Shown: piece by piece, positions 1-9,096 of the stretch
Position numbering within the stretch: the first letter of the stretch is position 1
How the letters are laid out: each line of letters opens with the position of its first letter
Origin: Arenicellales bacterium
GTDB taxonomy: Bacteria > Pseudomonadota > Gammaproteobacteria > BMS3Bbin11
Assembly (NCBI GenBank): GCA_029287965.1
Contig: JARFQC010000018.1
Location: forward strand, 1-27,129
Length of the DNA stretch: 27,129 bases
Direction of reading: 5' to 3'
Position numbers and translations under genes: made by a program
The notes under the pieces: model-generated
Told to the model about the DNA's origin: nothing
The model's database searches: none
The model's input: the letters and a program-made list of their open reading frames with translations, nothing else

Positions 1-1929
1 TTCCCGGTTACCGGTATGTGGATGGGCACATTTCACGGTCTGTCGCACCGCCTGCTGCGTGCCCACTGGCGCGAAGCGGGGCTGGTCGAGTCTTTCCAGA
101 TACTCGACAGTGATGATCAGCTGCGGGTCATCAAGCGCCTACTGGCTGGTATGGACCTGGATGAATCCTACTGGCAGCCCAAGCAGGGCCAGTGGTACAT
201 CAACCATCACAAGGAAAACGGCCGGCGCGTGGCCGATATTCCCGAAAGCCATGATATCCAGCAGCAGCAATGGAAGCGGGTGTACAAGGAATACGAAGAC
301 TACTGCCAGCGCTCCGGCCTGGTCGATTTTGCCGAGCTGCTGCTGCGTGCCTGGGAAGTCCTGCACAATAACGAACCCCTGCGCGAGCAGTATCAGCAGC
401 GCTTCAGAGGTGTCCTGGTCGACGAATTCCAGGATACCAACGGCATCCAGTACCGCTGGCTCAAGGAGTTCATCGGTACTGAGCCGAACATCATGGTCGT
501 GGGTGACGATGACCAGTCCATTTATTCCTGGCGCGGTGCACAGGTCGAGAACATTCAGCACTTCGAGCGCGACTTTCACGACACCAAAGTTGTCAGGCTG
601 GAGCAGAACTACCGGTCGACGACTACCATCCTCAACGCGGCCAATGCCGTCATCAGTTATAACGAAGGTCGCATGGGCAAGACCCTGTGGACAGCCGGGG
701 AAGAGGGCGAGCCGATCAAGCTGTATGCGGCGTTCAATGAAGTCGATGAGGCGCGTTTTACCGTGGGCCGGATCCAGGACTGGGTGGAGCAGGGCAACCT
801 GAGATCGGAAGTCGCCATTCTCTATCGTTCCAACGCACAGAGCCGCAGTTTTGAAGAGGCCCTGTTCAACCAGAATATTCCATACCGGGTATATGGCGGC
901 CTGCGTTTCTTCGAGCGTGCCGAAATCAAGGATGCCCTGGCCTACCTGCGCCTGATCCTTAACCCGGATGATGACACCTCGTTTGAGCGTATCGTCAATG
1001 TGCCGACCCGGGGCATCGGCAACCGCACGCTGGATCTTGTTCGTCAGCATGCCAGGGAACAGGGTATGACCCTGTGGCGGGCGGCAACGGAACTGGTGGC
1101 AGCCGGGGCGTTGACGGCGCGTGCCTCCAACGCACTGCGCAGTTTTCTCGAGATGATCGATGCACTGGCGGTGCAGATCGCCGACCTCGAGCTGGCTGAA
1201 CAGGTCGATCACATGCTGGGCCAGACCGGGTTGCTTGAATTCCATGCCAACGCACGCGGTGAGAAGGCCGAGACGCGGGTTGAGAACCTGAAGGAACTGG
1301 TGACCGCAGCACGCAATTTCTATCACGAGGAGGAAGACGAAATGGATCCCATCGCCGCCTTCCTCGCGCACGCGGCACTGGAGGCCGGTGAGGGGCAGGC
1401 CGAGGCCTGGGAGGACTGCGTGCAGTTGATGAGCCTGCATTCGGCCAAGGGCCTGGAGTTCCCGCTGGTCTTCCTGACCGGCCTGGAGGAAGGTTTGTTT
1501 CCCTCCCAGCATGCCCATAACGATCCATCCCGGCTGGAAGAAGAGCGGCGGCTTTGCTATGTTGGCATGACGCGCGCCATGCAGCAGCTTTACCTGTCCT
1601 ATGCGGAAGTCAGGCGCCTGTATGGCCGCGAGAATTACACCGCCCCGTCCCGTTTTCTCAGCGAGATTCCGCGAGAGACGTTGCAGGACGTCAGGACACG
1701 CAATCACACCGGCTTCGGCCAGCAAAGCAGTTATACTGACGACAATGAGACGGCAGCTGGAGAGGGACAGGGCATGAGCCTGGGCCGCCGCGTCAGTCAC
1801 GCCAAGTTCGGAGAAGGCGTCATCACGAATATCGAGGGCAAGGGCGAACACCTGCGTGTGCAGGTGAATTTCGAAATGGTTGGCAGTAAGTGGCTGGTAA
1901 TGGCGTTCGCCAGGCTCACCGTGCTGTAG
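1..1929 (+). CDS. uvrD: DNA helicase II (UvrD), 5' end lies upstream of the window
   Basis: Frame is open from position 1 (FPVTG then MWMGTFHGL). SF1 motifs LVDEFQDTN, VGDDDQSIYSWRGA, LEQNYRST, ILYRSNAQSR, LMSLHSAKGLEFP and EEERRLCYVGMTRA are present, plus the C-terminal RVSHAKFGEG domain. Closely follows the gammaproteobacterial UvrD sequence as I recall it. Confidence 0.97.
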   Translation, partial: FPVTGMWMGTFHGLSHRLLRAHWREAGLVESFQILDSDDQLRVIKRLLAGMDLDESYWQPKQGQWYINHHKENGRRVADIPESHDIQQQQWKRVYKEYEDYCQRSGLVDFAELLLRAWEVLHNNEPLREQYQQRFRGVLVDEFQDTNGIQYRWLKEFIGTEPNIMVVGDDDQSIYSWRGAQVENIQHFERDFHDTKVVRLEQNYRSTTTILNAANAVISYNEGRMGKTLWTAGEEGEPIKLYAAFNEVDEARFTVGRIQDWVEQGNLRSEVAILYRSNAQSRSFEEALFNQNIPYRVYGGLRFFERAEIKDALAYLRLILNPDDDTSFERIVNVPTRGIGNRTLDLVRQHAREQGMTLWRAATELVAAGALTARASNALRSFLEMIDALAVQIADLELAEQVDHMLGQTGLLEFHANARGEKAETRVENLKELVTAARNFYHEEEDEMDPIAAFLAHAALEAGEGQAEAWEDCVQLMSLHSAKGLEFPLVFLTGLEEGLFPSQHAHNDPSRLEEERRLCYVGMTRAMQQLYLSYAEVRRLYGRENYTAPSRFLSEIPRETLQDVRTRNHTGFGQQSSYTDDNETAAGEGQGMSLGRRVSHAKFGEGVITNIEGKGEHLRVQVNFEMVGSKWLVMAFARLTVL

Positions 1930-1939
1930 AGGGTAGATT

Positions 1940-2650
1940 ATGAATCAACAAGAGTCTCAACAATCTGAAGCTTCTCCACTGATGCGACGACTTATCATGC
2001 TGCTCGCCATCGTGGTGTTTGCCGAGCTGGTCGTGATGATCGGCAGCCTGGTAACGGGCGGCGACATATCCGGAGCGGACCTGGCAGCAAGCATCGTACG
2101 CATTTTGCTGGTGGCGCTGAGTGGCTGGTTCCTGCTATTCCGTGCTGATGATGACGAAATCCTACAGGCAAGTCCCGCACCGGCAGCGGCGTCTCCCCAG
2201 TCAGACGGTATCGTCCAGGTCTGGCCCAACATAGACGAACTGACTCACACATCTAACCAGCGAGGCCTGACCATACACATGCTGGAGATGATGGCCCTGG
2301 CCGAGCGCTATCATCACAAGCTGTCTGTCTGCCTGATAAAGGTAAGCGGTCTGGATGCACTCAATAATGAAGAGCGTGAAGACACCTTGATCGGCATTTC
2401 CACAGTACTGGCGGAAATGGTACGCATCCCCGACAAGGTCGGCCGTTATGACGAGGAACAGTTCATGGTCATCATGCCTGAAGCAGACTATGCCGGCGCG
2501 AGCCTGGTTGCAGGCCGGTTGCAGACCAGCCTCGACAAGAACGTCAATGACAGGATATCCATCAGTATGGGTGTTGCTGAATTCGAACGCGGTGACGACC
2601 TGCAGCGCCTGTTGACGCGAGCCCAGCAGGCACTGGAAAAAGAATCATAA
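1940..2650 (+). CDS. Membrane-anchored protein with degenerate GGDEF domain
   Basis: Two N-terminal hydrophobic segments. The C-terminal part follows the GGDEF layout (IDELTHTSNQR, RIPDKVGRYDEEQFMVIMP, ISISMGVAEF...LQRLLTRAQQAL), but the signature reads DEEQF. Confidence 0.75.
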   Translation: MNQQESQQSEASPLMRRLIMLLAIVVFAELVVMIGSLVTGGDISGADLAASIVRILLVALSGWFLLFRADDDEILQASPAPAAASPQSDGIVQVWPNIDELTHTSNQRGLTIHMLEMMALAERYHHKLSVCLIKVSGLDALNNEEREDTLIGISTVLAEMVRIPDKVGRYDEEQFMVIMPEADYAGASLVAGRLQTSLDKNVNDRISISMGVAEFERGDDLQRLLTRAQQALEKES

Positions 2651-2662
2651 GGAGTTAATTGA

Positions 2663-3757
2663 ATGAAGCGTCGCGATTTTATAAAAAACACTTCGCTGGC
2701 GGGTGCAGCACTCGGCAGTTCGGTGCTTGCGGCACCGGCAGTTCATGCTTCCGGCAAGACGCGCTGGAAGATGGTGACGACCTGGCCGAAAAACTTCCCG
2801 GGCCTGGGCACCGGTGCCAACAATCTTGCCAAACTGATCGGCGAGATGAGCGGCGGCCGTCTGACGGTAAAAGTGTATGGTGCCAAGGAGTTGGTGCCCG
2901 CGTTCGAAACATTCGACGCCGTCTCCAGCGGCACGGCCGAAATGGGCCATGGCGCGGCCTATTACTGGAAAGGCAAGAACGAATCCGCGCAGTTCTTTTC
3001 CACCGTGCCGTTCGGCCTGACGGCGCAGGAAATGAACGGCTGGCTGTATCACGGAGGCGGCATGGAACTGTGGCGCGAACTGTACGAGCAGTTTGGGCTG
3101 GTCCCTGCGGCAGCCGGCAACACCGGGGTACAAATGGGCGGTTGGTTCAACAAGGAAATCAACAGCATCGGCGACCTGCAGGGGCTCAAAATGCGTATCC
3201 CGGGGCTTGGCGGTGAAGTGCTCAAACGGGCCGGTGGTACGCCGGTAAACCTGCCGGGCGGTGAACTGTTCACGGCGCTGCAGTCGGGCACTATCGATGC
3301 GACCGAGTGGGTAAACCCCTACAACGATCTCGCCTTCGGTTTTTACAAGGCGGCCAGTTACTACTATTACCCCGGCTGGCATGAACCCGGTACGACACTG
3401 GAAGCTATCGTCAACAAGCAGGCGCTGGAGAAACTGCCGGGTGATTTGCAGTCCATTGTCCTGAATGCCTGCAAGATCACCAACCAGGATATGCTCGCGG
3501 AGTATACAGCGCGCAACAACGATGCACTCAAAGTGCTGGTGGAAAAACACAAGGTGGACATCCGCCGTTATCCCGATGAAGTGCTGGCCAGGCTGCGTGA
3601 ACTGTCCGCTGAAGTGGTGGCTGAGATAGCCGGCAAGGACGAATTCTCCGGGCGGGTATACAAATCCTACACGGAGTTCCGCGATAAGGTTGTTAACTGG
3701 TCAAAGTTGTCGGAACAGGCGTATCTCGATGCCAGGTCGGACAACGGCAATGCCTGA
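2663..3757 (+). CDS. TRAP transporter substrate-binding protein (DctP superfamily, TakP/alpha-keto-acid-binding-like) with Tat signal
   Basis: Tat motif KRRDFIK. Family motifs YYWKGK, GNTGVQMGGWFNKEIN, GLKMRIPG, GTIDATEWVNPYND and YYYYPGWHE. RBS GGAG upstream. Confidence 0.92.
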   Translation: MKRRDFIKNTSLAGAALGSSVLAAPAVHASGKTRWKMVTTWPKNFPGLGTGANNLAKLIGEMSGGRLTVKVYGAKELVPAFETFDAVSSGTAEMGHGAAYYWKGKNESAQFFSTVPFGLTAQEMNGWLYHGGGMELWRELYEQFGLVPAAAGNTGVQMGGWFNKEINSIGDLQGLKMRIPGLGGEVLKRAGGTPVNLPGGELFTALQSGTIDATEWVNPYNDLAFGFYKAASYYYYPGWHEPGTTLEAIVNKQALEKLPGDLQSIVLNACKITNQDMLAEYTARNNDALKVLVEKHKVDIRRYPDEVLARLRELSAEVVAEIAGKDEFSGRVYKSYTEFRDKVVNWSKLSEQAYLDARSDNGNA

Positions 3758-4109
3758 TGACAAATGGATGGAAGCACTTTTTGGTGCCATTGACAGGAGT
3801 GACACGGAAGCATTTTGTGCCTTTCTTGGCGAGGACTGTGATTTCACCTTCGGCAATATGCCGACAGTGCATGGGCGCAGTGCCATTGCCGAGACGGTTG
3901 GGGGTTTCTTCGCATCCATTGCGGGATTGTCACATGCGATTGAGCAGTCATGGATCAACGACGACGCAGTGATCTGCCACGGCCGGGTGACCTATACGCG
4001 CCATGACGGGACTACGCTGGACGTTCCGTTTGCAAACATATTGAGCCTGGACGGTGATAGGGTCCGGAATTATCGAATCTATGCAGACACCTCGCAGCTT
4101 TATCAGTAA
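3750..4109 (+). CDS. SnoaL-like / nuclear transport factor 2 family protein
   Basis: Start moved to ATG 3750, which overlaps the previous stop (ATGCCTGA). 119 aa with NTF2-like pattern: AIDRSD, FTFGNMPTVHGRSAI, and C-terminal strands ending RIYAD. Confidence 0.8.
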   Translation: MPDDKWMEALFGAIDRSDTEAFCAFLGEDCDFTFGNMPTVHGRSAIAETVGGFFASIAGLSHAIEQSWINDDAVICHGRVTYTRHDGTTLDVPFANILSLDGDRVRNYRIYADTSQLYQ

Positions 4110-4133
4110 GTCAGCCAGGGCAAGACAGTCCTA

Positions 4134-4721
4134 GTGTTCCTCTTTCTGCATCTCGCCTGGGCCGCCGCTGGTATCTTCGGTACCGTAATGGCGGTTATAT
4201 CCAAGGGCGGCCACCCACCCGCACTGGTGTTGTTGCCTGCCGTGCTTGGCATCTGGCTGCTTGGCCATATCTTTATCTGGATTAGCCAGTGGTTGGTCAA
4301 GCGTTCTGCCAAGTCAATTTTCGCGGAGCAGACGACGCGCCAGCGCTGGCCTCCCTCCGTATTACTCGTCACCGTGTTAACAGGTGTAACCTGCTTCATT
4401 GCCGCCATCGTCGGTGGTGTACTTATGTACAAGGGCAGCCCGCATGGCGAGGGTGTCATGTTCCTGGTGATTGCCGGGATATCTGCAATAGTGTTTGCCG
4501 GCCTGCTGGCGCGAAAAAACTGGTCGCGGCTGATCGTCATCGTGCTGCTGATCAGTCACGCCACCTGGCTGGCACTGGAAATGGCCCAGTCTCTGTGGAA
4601 GGGATACGCGCATCCACTCAACGACTGGCTGATCGCCTCCGGTTTATTCATAGTCCTGGTCGGTCTGGGTATGCACTGGTTGAAGTCCAAGCGGGTCAGA
4701 AACTACTTTGGCGGCAGGTGA
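4134..4721 (+). CDS. Hypothetical multi-pass membrane protein
   Basis: About six hydrophobic stretches with basic loops; fills the gap on the same strand as its neighbours. GTG start uncertain. Confidence 0.7.
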   Translation: MFLFLHLAWAAAGIFGTVMAVISKGGHPPALVLLPAVLGIWLLGHIFIWISQWLVKRSAKSIFAEQTTRQRWPPSVLLVTVLTGVTCFIAAIVGGVLMYKGSPHGEGVMFLVIAGISAIVFAGLLARKNWSRLIVIVLLISHATWLALEMAQSLWKGYAHPLNDWLIASGLFIVLVGLGMHWLKSKRVRNYFGGR

Positions 4722-4842
4722 CCGTTCAGTGTGCTATTGGCAGATGCCTGACTAATCCACTCGTTCCTGAGCGATTCTGATTTAAAAATTCTGGCGAGTT
4801 CGCTATATAATCACGAAATAAAAACAGTATACAGGGTGCAAA

Positions 4843-5082
4843 ATGGAGCAGGATAGAAGAGGCGTGGAGGTGCCGGTACCGGCAAATCTGCGGCAATACC
4901 TGAATGATTTTCAAATGCTGGCGCTCGACCGGATGAAAGGACTGGGCTGGGAACTCAAGTTCGTCCGCCACCCGATGTTTCAGCAGCCGGTGCCGGTCAT
5001 CTTCCATGCCGAGAACGACGAGCATGCCATGATCGAAGAAGACGGTACGATCAATAAAAATCCCTTCATTGATATGCGTTGA
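4843..5082 (+). CDS. Small hypothetical protein (79 aa)
   Basis: ATG start after an AT-rich leader containing TATAAT (4806-4811). Globular-looking composition; fills the gap with no real overlap. Confidence 0.7.
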   Translation: MEQDRRGVEVPVPANLRQYLNDFQMLALDRMKGLGWELKFVRHPMFQQPVPVIFHAENDEHAMIEEDGTINKNPFIDMR

Positions 5083-5517
5083 TCAGGCCCGGCTTTTTTC
5101 TCCCTTGCACAGCGGGCCGTCTATGGGGTTTTCTGCCTGCAGTGCAATCTCGTTGGCCATCTCCCGCAATTCTTCAGTAGACAGTACAGTCAACAGGCGT
5201 CGGGTAAGTTCCGGCGCGAGGCGTATCTGGATGATACGACCGTCTGAGAGTTCTACCCCGACACCGACGACGTCGCGTTCATGGTCTGCATCCAGTTTTT
5301 CCGGTGTGTTGACCAGGCGTGATTCCTCGTCGAACAGGTCGTCATAGCAAGCTTCGATTTTCTCCAGTACTGCATCATCGAGGTCATCGTCGTGACTGAC
5401 TGTGATGACGTTATTCGTGTCAGTTAATTTGTGCGCAACACCCTGTTTGTCGAGAAAGGTGCATAGCTTGTCGGCAACCTGCTGGTGAAAGAATATATAG
5501 TCCAGCGTGTTATCCAT
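5083..5517 (-). CDS. Acidic hypothetical protein downstream of ridA
   Basis: Start moved to ATG 5517, which overlaps the ridA stop by 8 nt (ATGGATAA). 144 aa, acidic, ends ENPIDGPLC. Confidence 0.75.
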   Translation of the reverse strand: MDNTLDYIFFHQQVADKLCTFLDKQGVAHKLTDTNNVITVSHDDDLDDAVLEKIEACYDDLFDEESRLVNTPEKLDADHERDVVGVGVELSDGRIIQIRLAPELTRRLLTVLSTEELREMANEIALQAENPIDGPLCKGEKSRA

Positions 5518-5920
5518 TATCTTCGTCGTTAATCTCGATGATGGCGTCCATCTCGACACCGGCGCCTTTAGGCAGCGCGGCGACACCAATGGCGGCGCGT
5601 GCCGGATAGGGTTGCTGGAAGTATTCCGCCATGATTTCGTTGACCAGCGGAAAGTGTTCCAGGTCTGTCAGGTATACGTTGAGCTTGACGATCTCATCCA
5701 GTTCGGCTGTTGCTGCGTGCGCAACAGCTTTTAGGTTGTTAAATACCTGGTGTATCTGTGCCGCCATGTCTCCTTCCACCATTTCCATAGTTTCCGGCAC
5801 CAGCGGTATCTGGCCGGACAAATACACCGTTGATCCTTTCCTGATCGCCTGGGAGTAGGTGCCTATAGCCTGGGGTGCCCTGTCGGTGATAATAGGACGG
5901 CGATCGCTCTTGATGTTCAT
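5510..5920 (-). CDS. ridA: RidA family reactive enamine/imine deaminase (YjgF/YER057c/UK114)
   Basis: [56 protein letters not shown]; usual position after spoT. Confidence 0.92.
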   Translation of the reverse strand: MNIKSDRRPIITDRAPQAIGTYSQAIRKGSTVYLSGQIPLVPETMEMVEGDMAAQIHQVFNNLKAVAHAATAELDEIVKLNVYLTDLEHFPLVNEIMAEYFQQPYPARAAIGVAALPKGAGVEMDAIIEINDEDNG

Positions 5921-5952
5921 AATTACGTTCCTGCTTGTTGCGGAGTATGATT

Positions 5953-8136
5953 TCAGCCGTCTACGCGGCTGGCGTACAGTACAAATTCGACGTTGCGGAT
6001 CCTGTGCAGCACATCATCCAGGTGGCGTGTGTCTCTAACACTGATGATGAAATACAGGCTGCTGGTGTTGCCATCCCGGTCATCCATATCGACATGATCG
6101 ATATTGCTGTCCGACTCGGCGATACTTGACGCCAGCGTGGCCAGAACGCCCCGGCGATTGATGGTGTCGACCCTGATCTTGACCTGGAAAAGGTTGTCGG
6201 ATTCCGGGTCCCACTGGACGTCGATGAGATGTTCCGGCTTGTTGCGGAAGGCGCTGATATTGTGGCAGTCGGGACGATGAATAACGATGCCGCGTCCTGC
6301 GGTGGCGATGCCCTGAATGCGGTCGCCGGGTATCGGCCGGCAGCACTTGGCAAGGTGCAGGACGATGCTTTCATTGCTCTTTATTCCGATCGGCCGTACA
6401 CCACGGTTGCGTGGCCCGATGTTCTCGCCATCAGTGTCGGCGATCAGTGGCGTGAGCTGGCGGGCGACCAGCGGTGCCATACGGTTGCCCAGCCCGACAT
6501 CCTCGAAAAGTTCTTCCTCGCTATTGAGCTGGAGTTCGTCGAGCAGGCTGGCAAGACGCTCTGGCGGCAGGGTTTTCCATGTCAGGTTGTATTCGCCCAG
6601 CGCCTTGTCGAGCAGGCCCTTGCCGAGTTTGCGCGCCTTGCGCCGCTGCAGCTGTTTCAGGTGATGGCGAATGCTGTAGCGTGCTTTAGCCGTGGCGATA
6701 AAGTTCAGCCACGCAGGACTGGGCACGGCGTGCTTGTCGGTGATGATTTCTATCGTGTTGCCGTTGCGTAGCTGCGTTTGCAGGGGAACGAACTGCCTGT
6801 TGATCTTTGCCGCGACGCAGGTGTTGCCGATATCGGTATGTACGGCATAGGCGAAATCTACCGGTGTGGAGCCACGCGGCAAAACGATGATTTTGCCGTG
6901 CGGCGTGAAGACATACACTTCGGCAGGAAACAGGTCGACCTTGACGCTTTCCAGGAACTCCTTGGTATTGCCGGCCTTTTTCTGCAGATCCAGCAATCCG
7001 GTGATCCATTTACTGGTCTGCTGCTGTGCCTTGCCGGTCTTGTAAAGCCAGTGTGCCGCGATGCCGGCATCCGCCATCTGGTCCATTTCATCGGTGCGTA
7101 TCTGCACTTCGATGGGTACGCCGTATGGAGATGCTAGCGTCGTATGCAACGACTGGTAGCCGTTCGACTTGGGGATAGCGATGTAGTCCTTGAAGCGTCC
7201 CGGGATGGGCGGGTACAGACTGTGCAGGGCGCCGAGCACCCGGTAGCAGGTATCGACCTTGCCCACCACGATGCGGAAGGCATAGACGTCGAACACTTCA
7301 TGGAAGGACAGGCTCTTGTCCTTCATTTTGCGGTAAATGCCGTACAGGTGTTTTTCACGGCTGGTGATTTTTCCACTCAGCCCATCCTGGCGCAGGCGTT
7401 TGTGGATACCGTTTTCGATTTTTTTCAGGATGCCCTTGCGGTTGCCGCGGCTCTTCCTTATCGAATCTTCAATGGCGGCATAGCGTTTCGGGTAGATCGC
7501 CTTGAAGCTCAGGTCTTCGAGCTCGTGTTTGAAGCTGTGCATGCCGAGACGTCCGGCGATTGGCGCATAGATGTCGAGTGTTTCCGTTGCAATGCGGCGC
7601 TGCTTTTCGCCGCGCATCGCACCGAGAGTGCGCATGTTGTGCAAACGGTCGGCAAGCTTGATCAGGATGACGCGGATGTCTTTCGTCATCGCCATCATCA
7701 TCTTGCGGAAGCTCTCGGCCTGCATTTCGGCCTTGTCCGAGAAACTGACTTTGCTCAGTTTGCTGACGCCGTCGACCATTTCAGCGACGTTTTTGCCAAA
7801 GCCCTTAACCAGTTGCTTCTTGGCGGTAGGGGTGTCCTCTATGACGTCGTGCAGGATTGCCGCGGTGATGGTTTCGGCATCCATGTGCATGCCTGCCAGA
7901 ATACGGGCAACTTCAACAGGATGGGATATGTAGGATTCACCGCTGGCGCGGCGCTGGCCGGCGTGGGCCTGGTAACCGAATATGTAGGCCCGGTAGATGG
8001 TGGAGATCTCCCGCTTGCTGAGATAGGTCTCCAGCAGGCGGTCGAGATCCCTGAACTTTAATTCACGTCCCGGACCAAAGGACGGAACCGGTTCAGCATT
8101 AGGCTGATTCTGTTTCCTCAGCGACGGGATCAGCAT
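5953..8136 (-). CDS. spoT: Bifunctional (p)ppGpp synthetase/hydrolase SpoT
   Basis: Intact HD motif (LHDVIED), [11 protein letters not shown], synthetase motifs RFKDYI, YQSLHT and EVQIRT, TGS domain ([11 protein letters not shown]), zinc-finger CC..H..C and ACT domain; follows rpoZ. Confidence 0.97.
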   Translation of the reverse strand: MLIPSLRKQNQPNAEPVPSFGPGRELKFRDLDRLLETYLSKREISTIYRAYIFGYQAHAGQRRASGESYISHPVEVARILAGMHMDAETITAAILHDVIEDTPTAKKQLVKGFGKNVAEMVDGVSKLSKVSFSDKAEMQAESFRKMMMAMTKDIRVILIKLADRLHNMRTLGAMRGEKQRRIATETLDIYAPIAGRLGMHSFKHELEDLSFKAIYPKRYAAIEDSIRKSRGNRKGILKKIENGIHKRLRQDGLSGKITSREKHLYGIYRKMKDKSLSFHEVFDVYAFRIVVGKVDTCYRVLGALHSLYPPIPGRFKDYIAIPKSNGYQSLHTTLASPYGVPIEVQIRTDEMDQMADAGIAAHWLYKTGKAQQQTSKWITGLLDLQKKAGNTKEFLESVKVDLFPAEVYVFTPHGKIIVLPRGSTPVDFAYAVHTDIGNTCVAAKINRQFVPLQTQLRNGNTIEIITDKHAVPSPAWLNFIATAKARYSIRHHLKQLQRRKARKLGKGLLDKALGEYNLTWKTLPPERLASLLDELQLNSEEELFEDVGLGNRMAPLVARQLTPLIADTDGENIGPRNRGVRPIGIKSNESIVLHLAKCCRPIPGDRIQGIATAGRGIVIHRPDCHNISAFRNKPEHLIDVQWDPESDNLFQVKIRVDTINRRGVLATLASSIAESDSNIDHVDMDDRDGNTSSLYFIISVRDTRHLDDVLHRIRNVEFVLYASRVDG

Positions 8137-8461
8137 TAGCTGCGTTCATCTCCTCTTTGTCGCCGGCATCTTCACTGGCAGCTTCGTTGGCAGGTGCCTC
8201 GGCAGCTTCTTCATCTACACTTGCCGGGGCTTCGAACAGATTCTCGATCAGGTCTTCTTCGGGTTCTTCATCCAGTATGTCAACCGTTACCAGGCCTTCG
8301 GCGATTTCCCGCAGGGCCAGTACGGTGTCTTTGTCATTGTCGCGCGGAAGCTGGGCTTCCATTCCTTCAGCGAGCTGTCTTGCCCGTTTGGCGGCGATCA
8401 GGACCAGCTCAAATCGGTTGCTTACGTTCTCAAGACAATCTTCTACAGTAATACGTGCCAT
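8099..8461 (-). CDS. rpoZ: RNA polymerase omega subunit with acidic C-terminal extension
   Basis: [10 protein letters not shown]...[16 protein letters not shown]...ALREIAEG; located between gmk and spoT. Confidence 0.97.
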   Translation of the reverse strand: MARITVEDCLENVSNRFELVLIAAKRARQLAEGMEAQLPRDNDKDTVLALREIAEGLVTVDILDEEPEEDLIENLFEAPASVDEEAAEAPANEAASEDAGDKEEMNAANADPVAEETESA

Positions 8462-8526
8462 GTGCTAAATACCGGATAATTCAGTGGAACACGAAATGTT
8501 AACTGATAACCGCGCCACGAGTCTAT

Positions 8527-9096
8527 TTAATTAGTCGGCCGATCTACAATTTCGATAAGTTTTGCGAGGGATTCGGCGAGATCATCGTTGGTGATGACGT
8601 AGTCGAATTCATCGCGGTGGGATACCTGCTCCTGGTACTGCGCCATGCGCGCTTCAATGGTTTCCGTACTGTCCTGGTGCCGGCCATGCAGGCGGCGGGC
8701 TGCATCCTGTCCGCCGGGTGGCTGAATGAAAATGCTCACTGCATCCGGAAACAGTTCAATCAGGTTCTTGCTGCCCTGCCAGTCGACATCGAGCAGGACA
8801 CGATGTCCCGCATCGAGTGCATGGCTGACCGCCTCGCGCGAAGTGCCGTAGTGATAGCCGTATACATTGGCGTGTTCCAGCATCTCACCGCGCTCTACCA
8901 GTGCGTCGAACTCGGCGTCGGTGACAAAGTGGTATTCCACGTTGTCCGTCTCGCCGGGGCGCATGGCCCGGGTGGTGTGGGACACCGCGAATTCGATTTC
9001 CGGGTGGGTCTCGATCAACCCGTTTGCGAGCGTGGTCTTGCCGGCGCCTGATGGGCCGGACAGGATGATCATGCGTGCCTGTTCGGATTCATTCAA
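8527..9096 (-). CDS. gmk: Guanylate kinase
   Basis: P-loop SGPSGAGKT, SHTTRAMRPGE...YHFV, YGTS, LLDVDWQG, FDYVITND. Start uncertain: TTG 9096 overlapping the yicC stop, or ATG 9072. Confidence 0.95.
   Translation of the reverse strand: MNESEQARMIILSGPSGAGKTTLANGLIETHPEIEFAVSHTTRAMRPGETDNVEYHFVTDAEFDALVERGEMLEHANVYGYHYGTSREAVSHALDAGHRVLLDVDWQGSKNLIELFPDAVSIFIQPPGGQDAARRLHGRHQDSTETIEARMAQYQEQVSHRDEFDYVITNDDLAESLAKLIEIVDRPTN

Noticed and set aside
139-1851. 570-aa minus-strand ORF opposite uvrD
   Set aside because: Codon-aligned shadow of a GC-rich gene with no recognisable motifs; uvrD explains the region.
2645-3550. 301-aa minus-strand ORF opposite the TRAP binding protein
   Set aside because: Shadow ORF with no independent evidence.
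6229-8061. Long plus-strand ORFs (180, 119 and 305 aa) opposite spoT
   Set aside because: Antisense shadow frames with no family motifs.
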